64,000 bases of DNA. Source: Histomonas meleagridis 2922-C6/04-290x. Its lineage: Eukaryota; Protista; Parabasalia. Below, one piece after another: positions 32,020-42,686 of this stretch (positions are counted from its first letter, which is position 1; the number at the start of each line of letters is the position of its first letter). The stretch is from NCBI GenBank assembly GCA_020184695.1, contig JAANOX010000018.1:124001-188000 (forward strand), given 5' to 3'. The position numbers were made by a program, and so were the translations under genes. Below the pieces are notes generated by a model. That model did not search any database. It was not told the DNA's origin and was given only the letters and a program-made list of their open reading frames with translations.

Positions 32020-33480
32020 TATCAAATCAATTCTTTATTCATTACGTCAGTTGATGACATTTTACATTCATTATTTATCTTTTTTCTTTTTTATAAGGAT
32101 TATAATTACCACAACGACAGCAACTAAAGCAATGCGAAATGTTGTTAAACCTTTTTTATGTTTATCTTCAATTATTGTAACTTTATCTTTAAAGATAACA
32201 CTTTCGTCAATTTTATAATTTGAATTTACTGTTCCATTAAAATTAATAATAATTTGAACATTATTTGGTAAACTTAATGGATAATTTTCACCATTTAATA
32301 TATTAATTAAAGCATTATTATATACAATTACAATAAATTCAAATTTTCAACTAAATTAATTTTCTTTATTTCATCATTCAAATTAACAAAAGTTTTAAAG
32401 TTTTAATTGTAATTTCAGAATTATTTATTTTAATTTATTATTTGAATCAAATGATTCTTTAAATTATTGATTGACAAAACAAAATTTTATCATCTTCAAA
32501 AGCAATGGTTTTAAGTTCTAAATATTCGAAATGAATTACGTTACTTGAAACTTGTTTCAGTGAATTTAATTCTTAAGTTATTAATTGATAAATAATAATA
32601 ATTATAAGCACTCGCAGCAGAAATACAATTTGTAAAAGTAATCAAATGTTTTATATTATTTTTAAGTAATTCAAAAGGTATTTTTTTCTTTATTTAAAAG
32701 CCTTGAATCGATATCTTTGTCAATATAAATCACTCGATCATAACAATGATAAAAAATTCCATATGACGCAGAAATTGTTGAATATGTATTTTGTAATTTG
32801 CAAATCTCTTTGTTACTGCATTTATTGTTATTACAGAAACATAATGGATCATTTTCATTAGGCTTATTTAATACAGCTGCAAAAAATGTGAAGAATAAGG
32901 ACAATTATTTGTGATAAAGAAATAGTTTTCTTGTGACTTAATTGTCCTGTAAATCCATTTTTACATATTAATTTTCCATTTTTACATATTAGTTTTCCGT
33001 TATTACATCCATTCGAATTTTTTGTTGATATATGTTCATTCGTGTTTTGCATTTCAATATATTTGGGATTTGAATTTTTATCAGTATGTTCAAATAGTTC
33101 AATTGTTGCTATAGTATATGAAATTGTTGAAGTGATTTCAATATTTGATATTACATGAATTTCATATTCACCAATTTCTAATTCTTTTATTGGAATTATA
33201 ATCTTTTCATTTAAATTATAATGTTCTGTATCATTAATACGATTATTTCCAACATAAATTTTTTTGGTTTGTGAAATAACTATTAAATCTAAATCAAAAT
33301 AATTTGATATTAATGATTCAATATTTAAATGTATATCATGTGAACAGATAAAACAATTTTAAAATTGTTGACATCTTAATAATATTCGAAAATCTTAAAC
33401 CAAAATTGTCATCTTCAAATGGTAATACAGTTGATATATCTATTAATCCATTACCCATAAAATTCCATCAGATATGGAAG
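32020..33480 (-). pseudogene. Decayed type I membrane/surface protein gene
   Basis: Broken frames, including a Cys-rich LCFCNNNKCS segment, ending in TM-like IALVAVVVVIIILIKRKK near 32130-32080. Confidence 0.4.
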
Positions 33481-33518
33481 CAGAAGCATTTAAAAGTGAT
33501 TTTATTAATAATTTTTTT

Positions 33519-34403
33519 TTATGGAATGAATTCCAAATTTAATACTTGAAAAACTGATTTGTACTCTTCTTCTGTTAACATATTCTTATCATACAAATCC
33601 ATTAATGTTCCAAGATCGTTTAAAACTGTTTTCAGTTGTCCACCAAACAGAAAAGAAAACAACGAATTTTGCGTTGTTATATTTTCAAATTCATTCTTAT
33701 TAAATTCCACAATTGCTAATGAAAAAGATATTACTGCTCTATTCCCAAACAACACATAACGATCAAAAATCTTTGATTTGATTTCAAGTGGGAAATCTTT
33801 TTCCAAAAAAATTACAAGTGCTGTTGTGTAATCATATGCTTGCAGAGTCTTGGCCATATCGAAGTCAACAAGCTTTTGATGTACAGTTGGGAACTTTATC
33901 TTGAGAAGTTCAGTCCAAACTAATGAAACTATTTGATAATTATTGTTCATATTTTTGTATAAATTTCGGAGATTATGATGCTGGCCATGCATGATTGAAA
34001 CAAAACATCTGAAAGCTGTTTCTTCTTCCATGTATTTCAATAGAAATCCACAAATAAATGACATCCCACTCATGTAACCTATTTCTGGATCATAATTATG
34101 GTAGGCTCGTAAAACACGGTAAAGGGAGTTGCTTATTTCTTCTTGTGGTGATTGAAAGAAAATTGTCCGAGGAATATCAGCAAGTATTACTTTGTTTGCA
34201 GCAGGTTCACACATATCATAATAATGGCTAACACTTTCGAGTTTACCAATTTGTTTCAAATCTGGTTCAAGAAGAAGTTTCCATACAAGTGAACGTAATG
34301 AATCTGGAATTCCACCAAGAATTTTGGATTCAAGCGTCTTGCGCTGTTCTGGGCATTGTATTATTTGGATCCATTCTGTTTCTTCCTTCGAAGGGTCTTT
34401 CAT
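33519..34403 (-). CDS. TBC-domain Rab-GAP (divergent Gln finger)
   Basis: GIPDSLRSLVWKLLL, ILADIPRT, YDPEIGYMSGMSFICGFLL; ATG at 34403. Confidence 0.88.
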   Translation of the reverse strand: MKDPSKEETEWIQIIQCPEQRKTLESKILGGIPDSLRSLVWKLLLEPDLKQIGKLESVSHYYDMCEPAANKVILADIPRTIFFQSPQEEISNSLYRVLRAYHNYDPEIGYMSGMSFICGFLLKYMEEETAFRCFVSIMHGQHHNLRNLYKNMNNNYQIVSLVWTELLKIKFPTVHQKLVDFDMAKTLQAYDYTTALVIFLEKDFPLEIKSKIFDRYVLFGNRAVISFSLAIVEFNKNEFENITTQNSLFSFLFGGQLKTVLNDLGTLMDLYDKNMLTEEEYKSVFQVLNLEFIP

Positions 34404-34616
34404 GCAACTAAAAAATGAAGTAATAAATTTTGAAATTTTTCTCTGAAAATTCAATGCATATAGCAGTTAATCCAAATGCAGTTAACCGTTCGATTGAAAC
34501 CTCGAAATAAATTCGAATTCATATTAAACATTGCAAGAAAATGTTCCTTTATCTAAAAAGAAAAACAAGTAAATCATAGTACATTAATTAATAAAAAAAT
34601 TAATCTAATTTTTATA

Positions 34617-35102
34617 TTAAACATTAAATGTAGGTTTATATCCAAAATTATTTTCGCAAAACTTGGCTAAAATTTCGGCAGCAATTGACTTTTCGAAAGA
34701 AACAATGTTTCCAGGTTCAGGAATGGGATTTTCATAACAAGATAATTCAGGATATTCAGGATGGATTAAATCATCAAATACAATAGAAACATGAGTATCA
34801 ATATGGTCTCTGCTAAAAGGCGTAAAATCTTCAAGTACTTCTTTTTGATTTTCTTTTAATGGAAATGATTTTTGTTCTTCCTTAGTAGAGTTATTTTTTA
34901 CTTCCGCGATTTTTTGTGTGCTATCTACTTCAGCAAGCTCTTCTTTATTTTGAGGGTCAGAATCATGCAGTTTATCATTATTATTGATTTTAGATATATT
35001 TTCTTCTGATTGTGTTTGCTCAGAATTTTCACTATCTGATATTACTGGTGTTCCATCGTCATTTAGTTTTGAGGCTGAAAAAGGATCAAATTTTGAGCTC
35101 AT
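34617..35102 (-). CDS. Hypothetical acidic protein
   Basis: 161-aa ATG-initiated ORF with coding-like composition; no recognised domain. Confidence 0.55.
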   Translation of the reverse strand: MSSKFDPFSASKLNDDGTPVISDSENSEQTQSEENISKINNNDKLHDSDPQNKEELAEVDSTQKIAEVKNNSTKEEQKSFPLKENQKEVLEDFTPFSRDHIDTHVSIVFDDLIHPEYPELSCYENPIPEPGNIVSFEKSIAAEILAKFCENNFGYKPTFNV

Positions 35103-35360
35103 GAGATTTCCACTTTTAGGAATTAGGGTGCCCCGATAGCCAAAATTCAGCTCAAATGAAAATCATAAATTTTACAATAGTCGAGGAAAGGTGTAAAGTC
35201 TTTTAGTAATTTTACAATATTCTTATCAAAAAGCATTTCCTATTGTATATGCAAACAAATGATTTTTAGATTCTGTTTTGCTTGATGTTTTATGATACAC
35301 AGATAAAAAATGATTAAAAATTTATATTACGATTAATCAAATTTACTTACATACAAATAT

Positions 35361-36365
35361 TTATTTGCGGTGTGTCCGATGCCCTATATTCGCAGTCGAG
35401 GCACGAGATAATAAACCTGTTGATGCATGCGCATAATTGTTATGCATTGAGTTTCTTCTTAATGAGTAAGAAGAGTTTGTTTTCCTTAAAATTTCTTCAA
35501 TTGATTCATCTTTGACCTGATTCATGGTTGCTTTAGAAGGAGACAACGCGGTCAATCGCATCTTTTCGGACGAAGTTAGCTTGGGCATTGGTGGCGGCGT
35601 TTGTTTAGATGAATAAATTTTCTCATTAATCATTTCTTCAAGTCGACGAATTGATTCATTTTTCATGGTTTTGTCAACAGAATATTCTTCGATTTTCACA
35701 AGAGCGATATTTCTTATTGAAGAAATTTGTTGCTTATATTTTTGCGATGTGGATAAATCAATTGATGATGTGTCTTTGTTGAACTCATTGAACTCATGTT
35801 CGTGCATTTCAGTGATTTCGTCAAGTTCCTGTTGTTGTCTGGCTAATAACTGCTTTTTAAGTTCGGAAAATTGTTGATTAACTTTTAGCCTTCGTCGCTC
35901 AAGCTCTTCCTCACAGACGTCAAATGATTTTTCTTTGAGTTCTTTGGCTTTTTCGAAGTTGGATAAAGCAGCTTCTTTTTTGGCTTGCTCAAGATATTGA
36001 ATTTGTTCTGGAACTTCTTTTTCTGATTCTTCCAAAAGAGTGTTCACACGATCTCGCTCTAGATCTAAAAGTTCTATGTTATGCTCATTTTTTATTTCTT
36101 CATACAAGACTTGATACTTTGAATATAAATAGGAATCTTGCTGTCTTTTGTTTTCAGCATTCTTGAATAGCTTCCCCCTGTGTTTGTTAAATAAATTATT
36201 TAAGTCATTTGAAGCCTGATTAAGTGCCTGATCTATTTGATTCTGAGCATTTTTGCGAAGTGTGTTTAGAATTTTCGAGTTAATAAGTTCAGCAGCCTCA
36301 AAGTCAAGGGATTCAACTGCCTTTTGCTTTTGCTTATAGAGATCAGACAGTTGTGTTCCTTCCAT
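35361..36365 (-). CDS. Hypothetical coiled-coil protein
   Basis: Long heptad-rich ORF; first ATG (MEGTQ) at 36365. Confidence 0.7.
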   Translation of the reverse strand: MEGTQLSDLYKQKQKAVESLDFEAAELINSKILNTLRKNAQNQIDQALNQASNDLNNLFNKHRGKLFKNAENKRQQDSYLYSKYQVLYEEIKNEHNIELLDLERDRVNTLLEESEKEVPEQIQYLEQAKKEAALSNFEKAKELKEKSFDVCEEELERRRLKVNQQFSELKKQLLARQQQELDEITEMHEHEFNEFNKDTSSIDLSTSQKYKQQISSIRNIALVKIEEYSVDKTMKNESIRRLEEMINEKIYSSKQTPPPMPKLTSSEKMRLTALSPSKATMNQVKDESIEEILRKTNSSYSLRRNSMHNNYAHASTGLLSRASTANIGHRTHRK

Positions 36366-36576
36366 TCGATATACGTTAGTGGACGTTAATATTTTTCTAA
36401 AGTTTACACGCAAACATAAGCATCAAAATAATTTGTTGCAGCAAGTATAAGAGTTAAAGCAAACATATAAATCAGCTTATCCTTGAAAACCAGTACATTT
36501 GTATTTGTCGTAATTTGTTTGTTGAAAATATATATATATTGACTATTAATAGAGCACAGATCTTAAACTTTGTGCA

Positions 36577-37260
36577 CTAAGAAAAGACTTCTCTCAGGCG
36601 GTCAAAAAACGATGGATTCGTTTTTGTAAATGGTGGAATAAATTTTAGATTTCGTTGGTATATCCTTGATGATTGATTAATCTTTGCACCACAAGTCGGA
36701 ACACCATCTTTTGTATATTTTTTTTCGTTTTGGTTAAGAGTCTTTTTTCGATTTTGCGAAAAGATTTCCTTTGAAATATGAGATGAAATCGGTTCAGTAG
36801 ATTTTATAAGCTCTCTTGTGATGACGACTTCTGCCTCAAGAGAAGAGTCCAGTTTATTCATCAAAGTATATAGAACTACTACGATTGTTAAATATATGAT
36901 TTGTGATTTTAATGGATCTAATATTAGAAACCCAGAAAGTAAATGCATTGGTGAAAAGAGAATAAATATTCCACGAAGATATGGGTCAACCTTCCAAACA
37001 GTTAATTCATAAAAATGTAAATCATTTTTACTTGGATGATTAACTGAAGCCTCTTTTATATAAGAACCACCAATATTTGGAGAACCTCGAAAAAGCTGAT
37101 ATTTTTTTGAATTTGTAAAAAATTTATATTGAAAGAGCAAAGAAAACAAAAACAAAATCATTTTCACCAAAAAATTTAGTCCGGTGCCAATTGAATTCAT
37201 TTCAGTGAAGCTCCATATGAAATATAGTACAAGTCCTGGAAGAAGGTGAAAAAGAGACAT
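36577..37260 (-). CDS. Membrane protein, DUF2418 (Nur1/Mug154)-like
   Basis: ELTVWKVDP..IFILFSPMHLL resembles the DUF2418 motif; TM segments. Confidence 0.55.
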   Translation of the reverse strand: MSLFHLLPGLVLYFIWSFTEMNSIGTGLNFLVKMILFLFSLLFQYKFFTNSKKYQLFRGSPNIGGSYIKEASVNHPSKNDLHFYELTVWKVDPYLRGIFILFSPMHLLSGFLILDPLKSQIIYLTIVVVLYTLMNKLDSSLEAEVVITRELIKSTEPISSHISKEIFSQNRKKTLNQNEKKYTKDGVPTCGAKINQSSRIYQRNLKFIPPFTKTNPSFFDRLREVFS

Positions 37261-37297
37261 CCATTTAAACGTTCGTTATTGGACTACCCCGAATTAA

Positions 37298-37693
37298 ATG
37301 GCGATTTTAAGATATGATATACCTGATGATTTACAAGTCCAGGCAATTGATACTCCAGAAAAAGGTGAAAAATTGCTTTCAGAAGCATTAAGTAATCTTG
37401 AAGAATATTCAAAATCTTTGATAAAATCACACTCCAATATTCTTCAAGAGTTAAAATCTCGAGTTTCTAAAACATCAGAAGTAGCAACACTTTCTCTTGA
37501 AGAAAGTATGAAGACTATTACAAAATTTGATGTATTTGCAAAAGAAAAAATGATACAATTAGACGAACTCATGGAAAACGTAGATGGACTAATGGAAGAT
37601 ATAAAAGCAATTGACTTTTTATACGATGATGTCCTTAAGCTTTCTAAGCTTCTTTACTCACTTGAACAATTTATGATAAAACAACCAAGTTAA
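37298..37693 (+). CDS. Small coiled-coil protein (possibly BLOC-1-subunit-like)
   Basis: 131-aa ATG ORF, fully helical heptad pattern; family not securely recognised. Confidence 0.5.
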   Translation: MAILRYDIPDDLQVQAIDTPEKGEKLLSEALSNLEEYSKSLIKSHSNILQELKSRVSKTSEVATLSLEESMKTITKFDVFAKEKMIQLDELMENVDGLMEDIKAIDFLYDDVLKLSKLLYSLEQFMIKQPS

Positions 37694-38210
37694 GCAATCA
37701 TAGTGAAAATCCTTGTTCAATCTTGAACAAAATAAAAAGAAAGCAACAAATTTTTATGATGAGCTATCGATGCATCTAGTTATTATTTGTAAGTAAACAA
37801 TACATTATCCATCTGGTTTCAAATCAATTAATGTGAAAAGTTCTTTGGTTTTACTCAAAAATTTTTTTCTGCGATCATGATCGATGAGAAACAATGGTCC
37901 GTACAGTTCCCCACCGGCCATTGAAATTGAAAACTCGAACAAATTTCACATAAACCGAAAATCCTCACCGCAGAAAAAAATGTGCCAAGCTGTGAAAAAC
38001 CTTTAAATCAATGTTACGACACAATCAAATTTTCTGCTGAGTTTTTCCCTCATAGTTTAGGATTTGCAAATAGTTTTGGTGGGATATTGATATAAAATAA
38101 CAAAAAGAAATTTCTAATAAGGCTGTGATTGAAAAATGAATTCTTAATCAGATTATCTCAAACAAAATTAACGAACATCAATAATTTATTGTGTTTCGTA
38201 AGATCTATTT

Positions 38211-38612
38211 TTAAATCATTTGAACATTTCCATTTTCTACTGGGAACAAACTAAAATTAGGAAACTGATCATATTGAACGTTTTGATTATTACTCACAAA
38301 TTGTAAACCCTTTTTGCCTCTTAGCATTGGTGGTGTGTGCTTAAAGCATGCTATTAGTTCTTGACGTGTTTTAGGAGCTGGAATAAAAGGAGGGTACATT
38401 TGAAGCATTTGCATTGGCTGTGGGAAACATGGATGCTCTGATACGCTCTCATCTTTAGGTTTGTTTTGATTGTAAGATTCTAGTTGCTCGAGTTTGATAA
38501 GCGCAGAATCGGTAAATTTTTGTTTGTCAATTTCAAGTGTTACTGTTTCGTTTGCTCTTGGCCTGAAAATAATGTACTTTATTCTTCGATAGTTGCAACT
38601 TCTTCTTCCCAT
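38211..38612 (-). CDS. Hypothetical protein
   Basis: 133-aa ATG ORF with a basic N-terminus and Pro/Gln-rich middle. Confidence 0.5.
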   Translation of the reverse strand: MGRRSCNYRRIKYIIFRPRANETVTLEIDKQKFTDSALIKLEQLESYNQNKPKDESVSEHPCFPQPMQMLQMYPPFIPAPKTRQELIACFKHTPPMLRGKKGLQFVSNNQNVQYDQFPNFSLFPVENGNVQMI

Positions 38613-39060
38613 TTTTCAAATTGAACAAGGCTCGATAAAACCTTCTGAAAAATGTAAACGGTCGCAGAATTTTATGCCAACAAAAGCTCTGTGATCAAGA
38701 GCTCACGATGATCGGATTATGAAAATAAATTATTTTAGGATTGACAATATTTGACACTTTAAAAAAGAATTATAATTAAAAAACAAAAAATTTTTTTGTT
38801 CTTTTTCATTGGGTTTAAAGAAATCCTTTTTTTATTGTTCGGCATATTTTTGAATTGACCTTTGACCAAAAACGATCGTTATACAAATTTACTCAATCCG
38901 TGTTCTCAAAATTTTCTTTTATCAACACAAATTTTGTGATCGTCATCAAAAGCGTTTTATGGATTCTAAACGTTGACAAAAAGGCGAAAGGAAAACGTTA
39001 TTGACATCATGTGCGCATTGCCTGTTCTTGTATTCTTGATACAATAATTCGAACAAGCAA

Positions 39061-40542
39061 CTATTGGTTATTCATTTCATCAATCATTTTCAGAGCAATT
39101 GAAAACCTTTTACATATATCTTCATCTCCCTTATTTCTTTGCTTTATTTCGCTGAAGGTACGTGCTGTTTCAATTTTCTTTTCGGATGTTAGTAAGTATA
39201 TTTTTTTCTTTTCCCAAAAAATTACTAACTTTCTTTTATCTGCAAAGTTTAACTGAATTACCCTATCATCTGTTCTAAACATTATTCCATGTTCAGACTT
39301 GATCCAATATTTCACATGTCGAAGAACATCATTTGGTTCCGGATGTGGAAGTTCGAAATATGATTCATCCTTTTTTAAAAGCGTTGCATATTTTGTTAAT
39401 ATAGAAACTTTCTTTGCATGTTTTTGATCATCTTTTTCAATTATCTGAGGATTTGATACTTGATAATTAGCATAATAATGTATAAACGTTTCATAAGGGT
39501 CTATAACCATTCTTGAAAAATCTGTAAAGACCGCTCCAACAGTTCCATCCATGAGTAAATAAATTAATCCTACATTTTGATTTTTGTCATAGTACCTTGA
39601 AACCAAATATGTTGGTAATTGTTCTGTTTGTGGTGCACTTACTTTAGGCACAATTATTTCTGGAACTTGTTTTGCTTTTGGAATGACACTTTTCTTTACA
39701 TTTTGCGATTGGAGAATGAATGGATGCTTAAGTAGATCGCTTGCATGAGGTCTTGCCTCAGGTTTTACTTGCAAGATGGACTGAATAAAGTCCTTTGCAA
39801 CAAATGAAAGTGATATGTTATTTGGAAACGAATAATTACAATTTTTGATGCATTCATATGTTTCGTTTTTGTTGCGTCGATCAAATGGAGGATGCCCAAC
39901 TAGCATAATAAAAGCACCAACGCCAATAGCCCAAATGTCGCTTTCGAAGCTGTAACCATTTGGCGCTTTAGATACAACTTCTGGACTGAGATAACCAACA
40001 GTACCACAAATGCTATGCCTTCTTTTTTTCTTTTCGATACGTGTGCTAATTCCAAAGTCAGCTATTTTTATTTTACCATCATCACCAATAAGAAAGTTTT
40101 CAAGTTTAAGATCTCTATGTAGTACTTGATTTTCGTGAAGATATGAAACGCCATCAATTATCTGATATAAAAGTTCTGATGCTTCTATTTCAGAAAAGGT
40201 GCCTTTTCGTTTGAGCATGGTCTCAACAGATTGGTTGGTGCATAACTCTAAAACTAAATATGAATTGAAATCATCCTCAAAATGATCATAAAGTTTTAAA
40301 ACATTTTGATGATTAAGAGATTCTTGAATTGCTATTTCTTGATCTAATCTGGATTTGAAATCTGGATCTTCGGTAAAATCTAAAGAAATTGCTTTTAAAG
40401 CAAATCTCTTCCCTGTTCCTACATTAAGAATTTGAAAAACTGTACCAAATGAACCATGACCTAGTTTCTTCTCTACTACAAAATTATCTTTTCTACCATC
40501 ATCATGGATTCTTTGAAGCTTCGAAGGAACAGCTGAGTTCAT
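39061..40542 (-). CDS. PLK: Polo-like kinase
   Basis: LGHGSFG, HRDLKLEN, DFG, CGTVGYLSPE; two polo boxes (VSRYYDK..VGLIYLLMDGTVG; VKYWIKSEHGIMF); ATG at 40542. Confidence 0.92.
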   Translation of the reverse strand: MNSAVPSKLQRIHDDGRKDNFVVEKKLGHGSFGTVFQILNVGTGKRFALKAISLDFTEDPDFKSRLDQEIAIQESLNHQNVLKLYDHFEDDFNSYLVLELCTNQSVETMLKRKGTFSEIEASELLYQIIDGVSYLHENQVLHRDLKLENFLIGDDGKIKIADFGISTRIEKKKRRHSICGTVGYLSPEVVSKAPNGYSFESDIWAIGVGAFIMLVGHPPFDRRNKNETYECIKNCNYSFPNNISLSFVAKDFIQSILQVKPEARPHASDLLKHPFILQSQNVKKSVIPKAKQVPEIIVPKVSAPQTEQLPTYLVSRYYDKNQNVGLIYLLMDGTVGAVFTDFSRMVIDPYETFIHYYANYQVSNPQIIEKDDQKHAKKVSILTKYATLLKKDESYFELPHPEPNDVLRHVKYWIKSEHGIMFRTDDRVIQLNFADKRKLVIFWEKKKIYLLTSEKKIETARTFSEIKQRNKGDEDICKRFSIALKMIDEMNNQ

Positions 40543-40642
40543 TTTTAAACGTTCCTTGTAAACCAACAATTACAAAACGTACATTTATGGGGTACCTCAT
40601 TACAAACGTCAAAAATATAATTCATAACTTTACAAAAAAATG

Positions 40643-42424
40643 CTAATAAAAGTTGGATGAGTGGGGGCTTATCCATGCCAAATGATAGAACTGTGATCCT
40701 TGTTCCTTAACCAATGCCAATAGAGATTGTTTTGGTCTGTGGTTAAACTGGAAATTTGCTTCAGCTTCAATTTTTGGCAATAATATAAGAAATGCATCTG
40801 TTTCAATAATACCAATTCCTCTTCCTTCTCCTGCTAGTAACGAAGAATTTCCATTCAATACCATTCCAATAGGCTTTCTTTCACCTTTGATTTCAGCAAC
40901 TTTATCAACAAATTGATAGTCACTTATATCTGGCAAATATATGTTTGAAAACCTTGATGGCGTTCCTCTCTTTGCCATTACAATCGAAACTTTTAGATAT
41001 GAATTTTCTCCGCTTTCGCATGAGATACGAAATTGATCTGGAAACTGGTAAAAGTTCAATGCAATTCGTTTTCCTTTTGGTTTTGAATCGTTAGCTGCTG
41101 TCATCTCTAACATTTCTTTTGTCATTAGCTGAAGACCAACATTTGTATCTGGTCGATCATTTGGAAAGTTGAATCTTCCTGCTTCCAAATCTATTTTACG
41201 AGAGCCTTCAAGGCCAAATACTCTTGCTCCCTGTTTCACAAATTTTTTGAAAATAATGCTTCCACATCCAAATGGTGAAAAGACAAGCCAACTAGCTCCA
41301 AACCCAGTTGGACTTGTTGAATAACGTTGCATGAGCAAAATTGGTATAGACCCAGAAGGCCCTTCAGCCATTGGAAAGAGGAGTTTTGCTCTCTCTTTGT
41401 TGAATTCATTTTCATCAGGACAATCAAATAAACGGTCGCTGAATAGTCTTGATTCGCAAATGTTCGAAGGAATGTTTTGAAAATCAAATAAAGGAACGGT
41501 CTTATCTTCTAAGTGATCAGGGAAGGTTCGAGGATCACTAGCAGTGTAAGAAATACTAAATCCAGGAGGTACTGCTGATGGATGAGGAATTCCATAAAGA
41601 ATCTGTTGGATGGCTTCAGGAGTTTCACCTGATGGTTGAAGGGACTGGCGAATAACCTTTGTTGATAATGGACCACAAACTTCAAAAATATTAATTTTTC
41701 CGTCAATGATTTCAAGTTCATAGCTGCCGTCATGTAATGAACTTCCTAGTTCACTCTTAAGTGTTGGATGAGAAATAATCCATAGATGTGAATCTGATAT
41801 CCAAAATAATTGCACAGGTCCAATTGGATAGCCATTCGGTTGGTAAAATTCTGCCCCAAACATAATATGAAGGGATGGTTCAATCCGAGAATTTGGCTTC
41901 ATAAATTTGGTTAAAACATTAATCAAATTTTCGTGTGTACCTTTCAAAGAAATAATTGTTGTGTATGATATATCTCGAATAGTACAGCTTTCTGCAGTCA
42001 TTCGGATAAAGTTTCGAGTCTGTTTCATTGTGGGAGCTAATGGAATTTTCCAATCCCAAAGATCGACCATGTGAAAACGTTTAGCATGCCAAAGATGTGT
42101 TTCAAGCCATCTATGTTTTTCATTTCTGTGTACTGCTTGATTTGTTCCGTGATAACGATACTTTTGATGATCTCTTCCCTTAGGTTTATTTCGAAGTTTG
42201 GCTTCTAATGCACTTTCAACTTGACCTTGAACCGAAGGACGCATAGCCCTTGGAACTTTACGAATGTCATAGCTCATTGCCCTTCTTCGAAGATGTTTTG
42301 GAAGTCTTTGAAAAACTCGTTTGTTGGATGGCTTTTGATTTTCCATCATTTCTATCATCTTGTTTATGGCAGGGTCACGCTCTTTGGCAATGTCAACAGC
42401 TTTGACAACAGTTGCAAGAGCCAT
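40643..42424 (-). CDS. POP1: RNase P/MRP subunit POP1
   Basis: FQRLPKHLRRRAMSY and WLETHLWHAKRFHM signatures. Confidence 0.95.
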   Translation of the reverse strand: MALATVVKAVDIAKERDPAINKMIEMMENQKPSNKRVFQRLPKHLRRRAMSYDIRKVPRAMRPSVQGQVESALEAKLRNKPKGRDHQKYRYHGTNQAVHRNEKHRWLETHLWHAKRFHMVDLWDWKIPLAPTMKQTRNFIRMTAESCTIRDISYTTIISLKGTHENLINVLTKFMKPNSRIEPSLHIMFGAEFYQPNGYPIGPVQLFWISDSHLWIISHPTLKSELGSSLHDGSYELEIIDGKINIFEVCGPLSTKVIRQSLQPSGETPEAIQQILYGIPHPSAVPPGFSISYTASDPRTFPDHLEDKTVPLFDFQNIPSNICESRLFSDRLFDCPDENEFNKERAKLLFPMAEGPSGSIPILLMQRYSTSPTGFGASWLVFSPFGCGSIIFKKFVKQGARVFGLEGSRKIDLEAGRFNFPNDRPDTNVGLQLMTKEMLEMTAANDSKPKGKRIALNFYQFPDQFRISCESGENSYLKVSIVMAKRGTPSRFSNIYLPDISDYQFVDKVAEIKGERKPIGMVLNGNSSLLAGEGRGIGIIETDAFLILLPKIEAEANFQFNHRPKQSLLALVKEQGSQFYHLAWISPHSSNFY

Positions 42425-42686
42425 TGAATATAAACGTCCCCAAACTGCAATTTAAAGTGCTTTATTAAAAAAGTGTATTTGCGAGAGCACTAGTGTTGTG
42501 GAATTTAAATTACATGATTTTCAATGAAATTTTTTGAAATGATTACTCATAAATAAAATTCCAATTGGATAATCTATTTAAAGTTTACTGATTGTTCCTT
42601 GAAAAATAGTTTGATAGTTTCATAAAAAAGTTTAAAAAATATTTTCAAAATGGTAATTTTAATCTTACACATATTATAGAAGTATC

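Noticed and set aside
37780-38050. Possible kinase remnant (SMAGGELY on the minus strand)
   Set aside because: One short motif amid stops; insufficient support.
40643-42424. POP1 next to the array as the processing machinery
   Set aside because: Housekeeping gene; adjacency in a eukaryotic genome is not evidence, and the other element-bearing genes lack such a neighbour.
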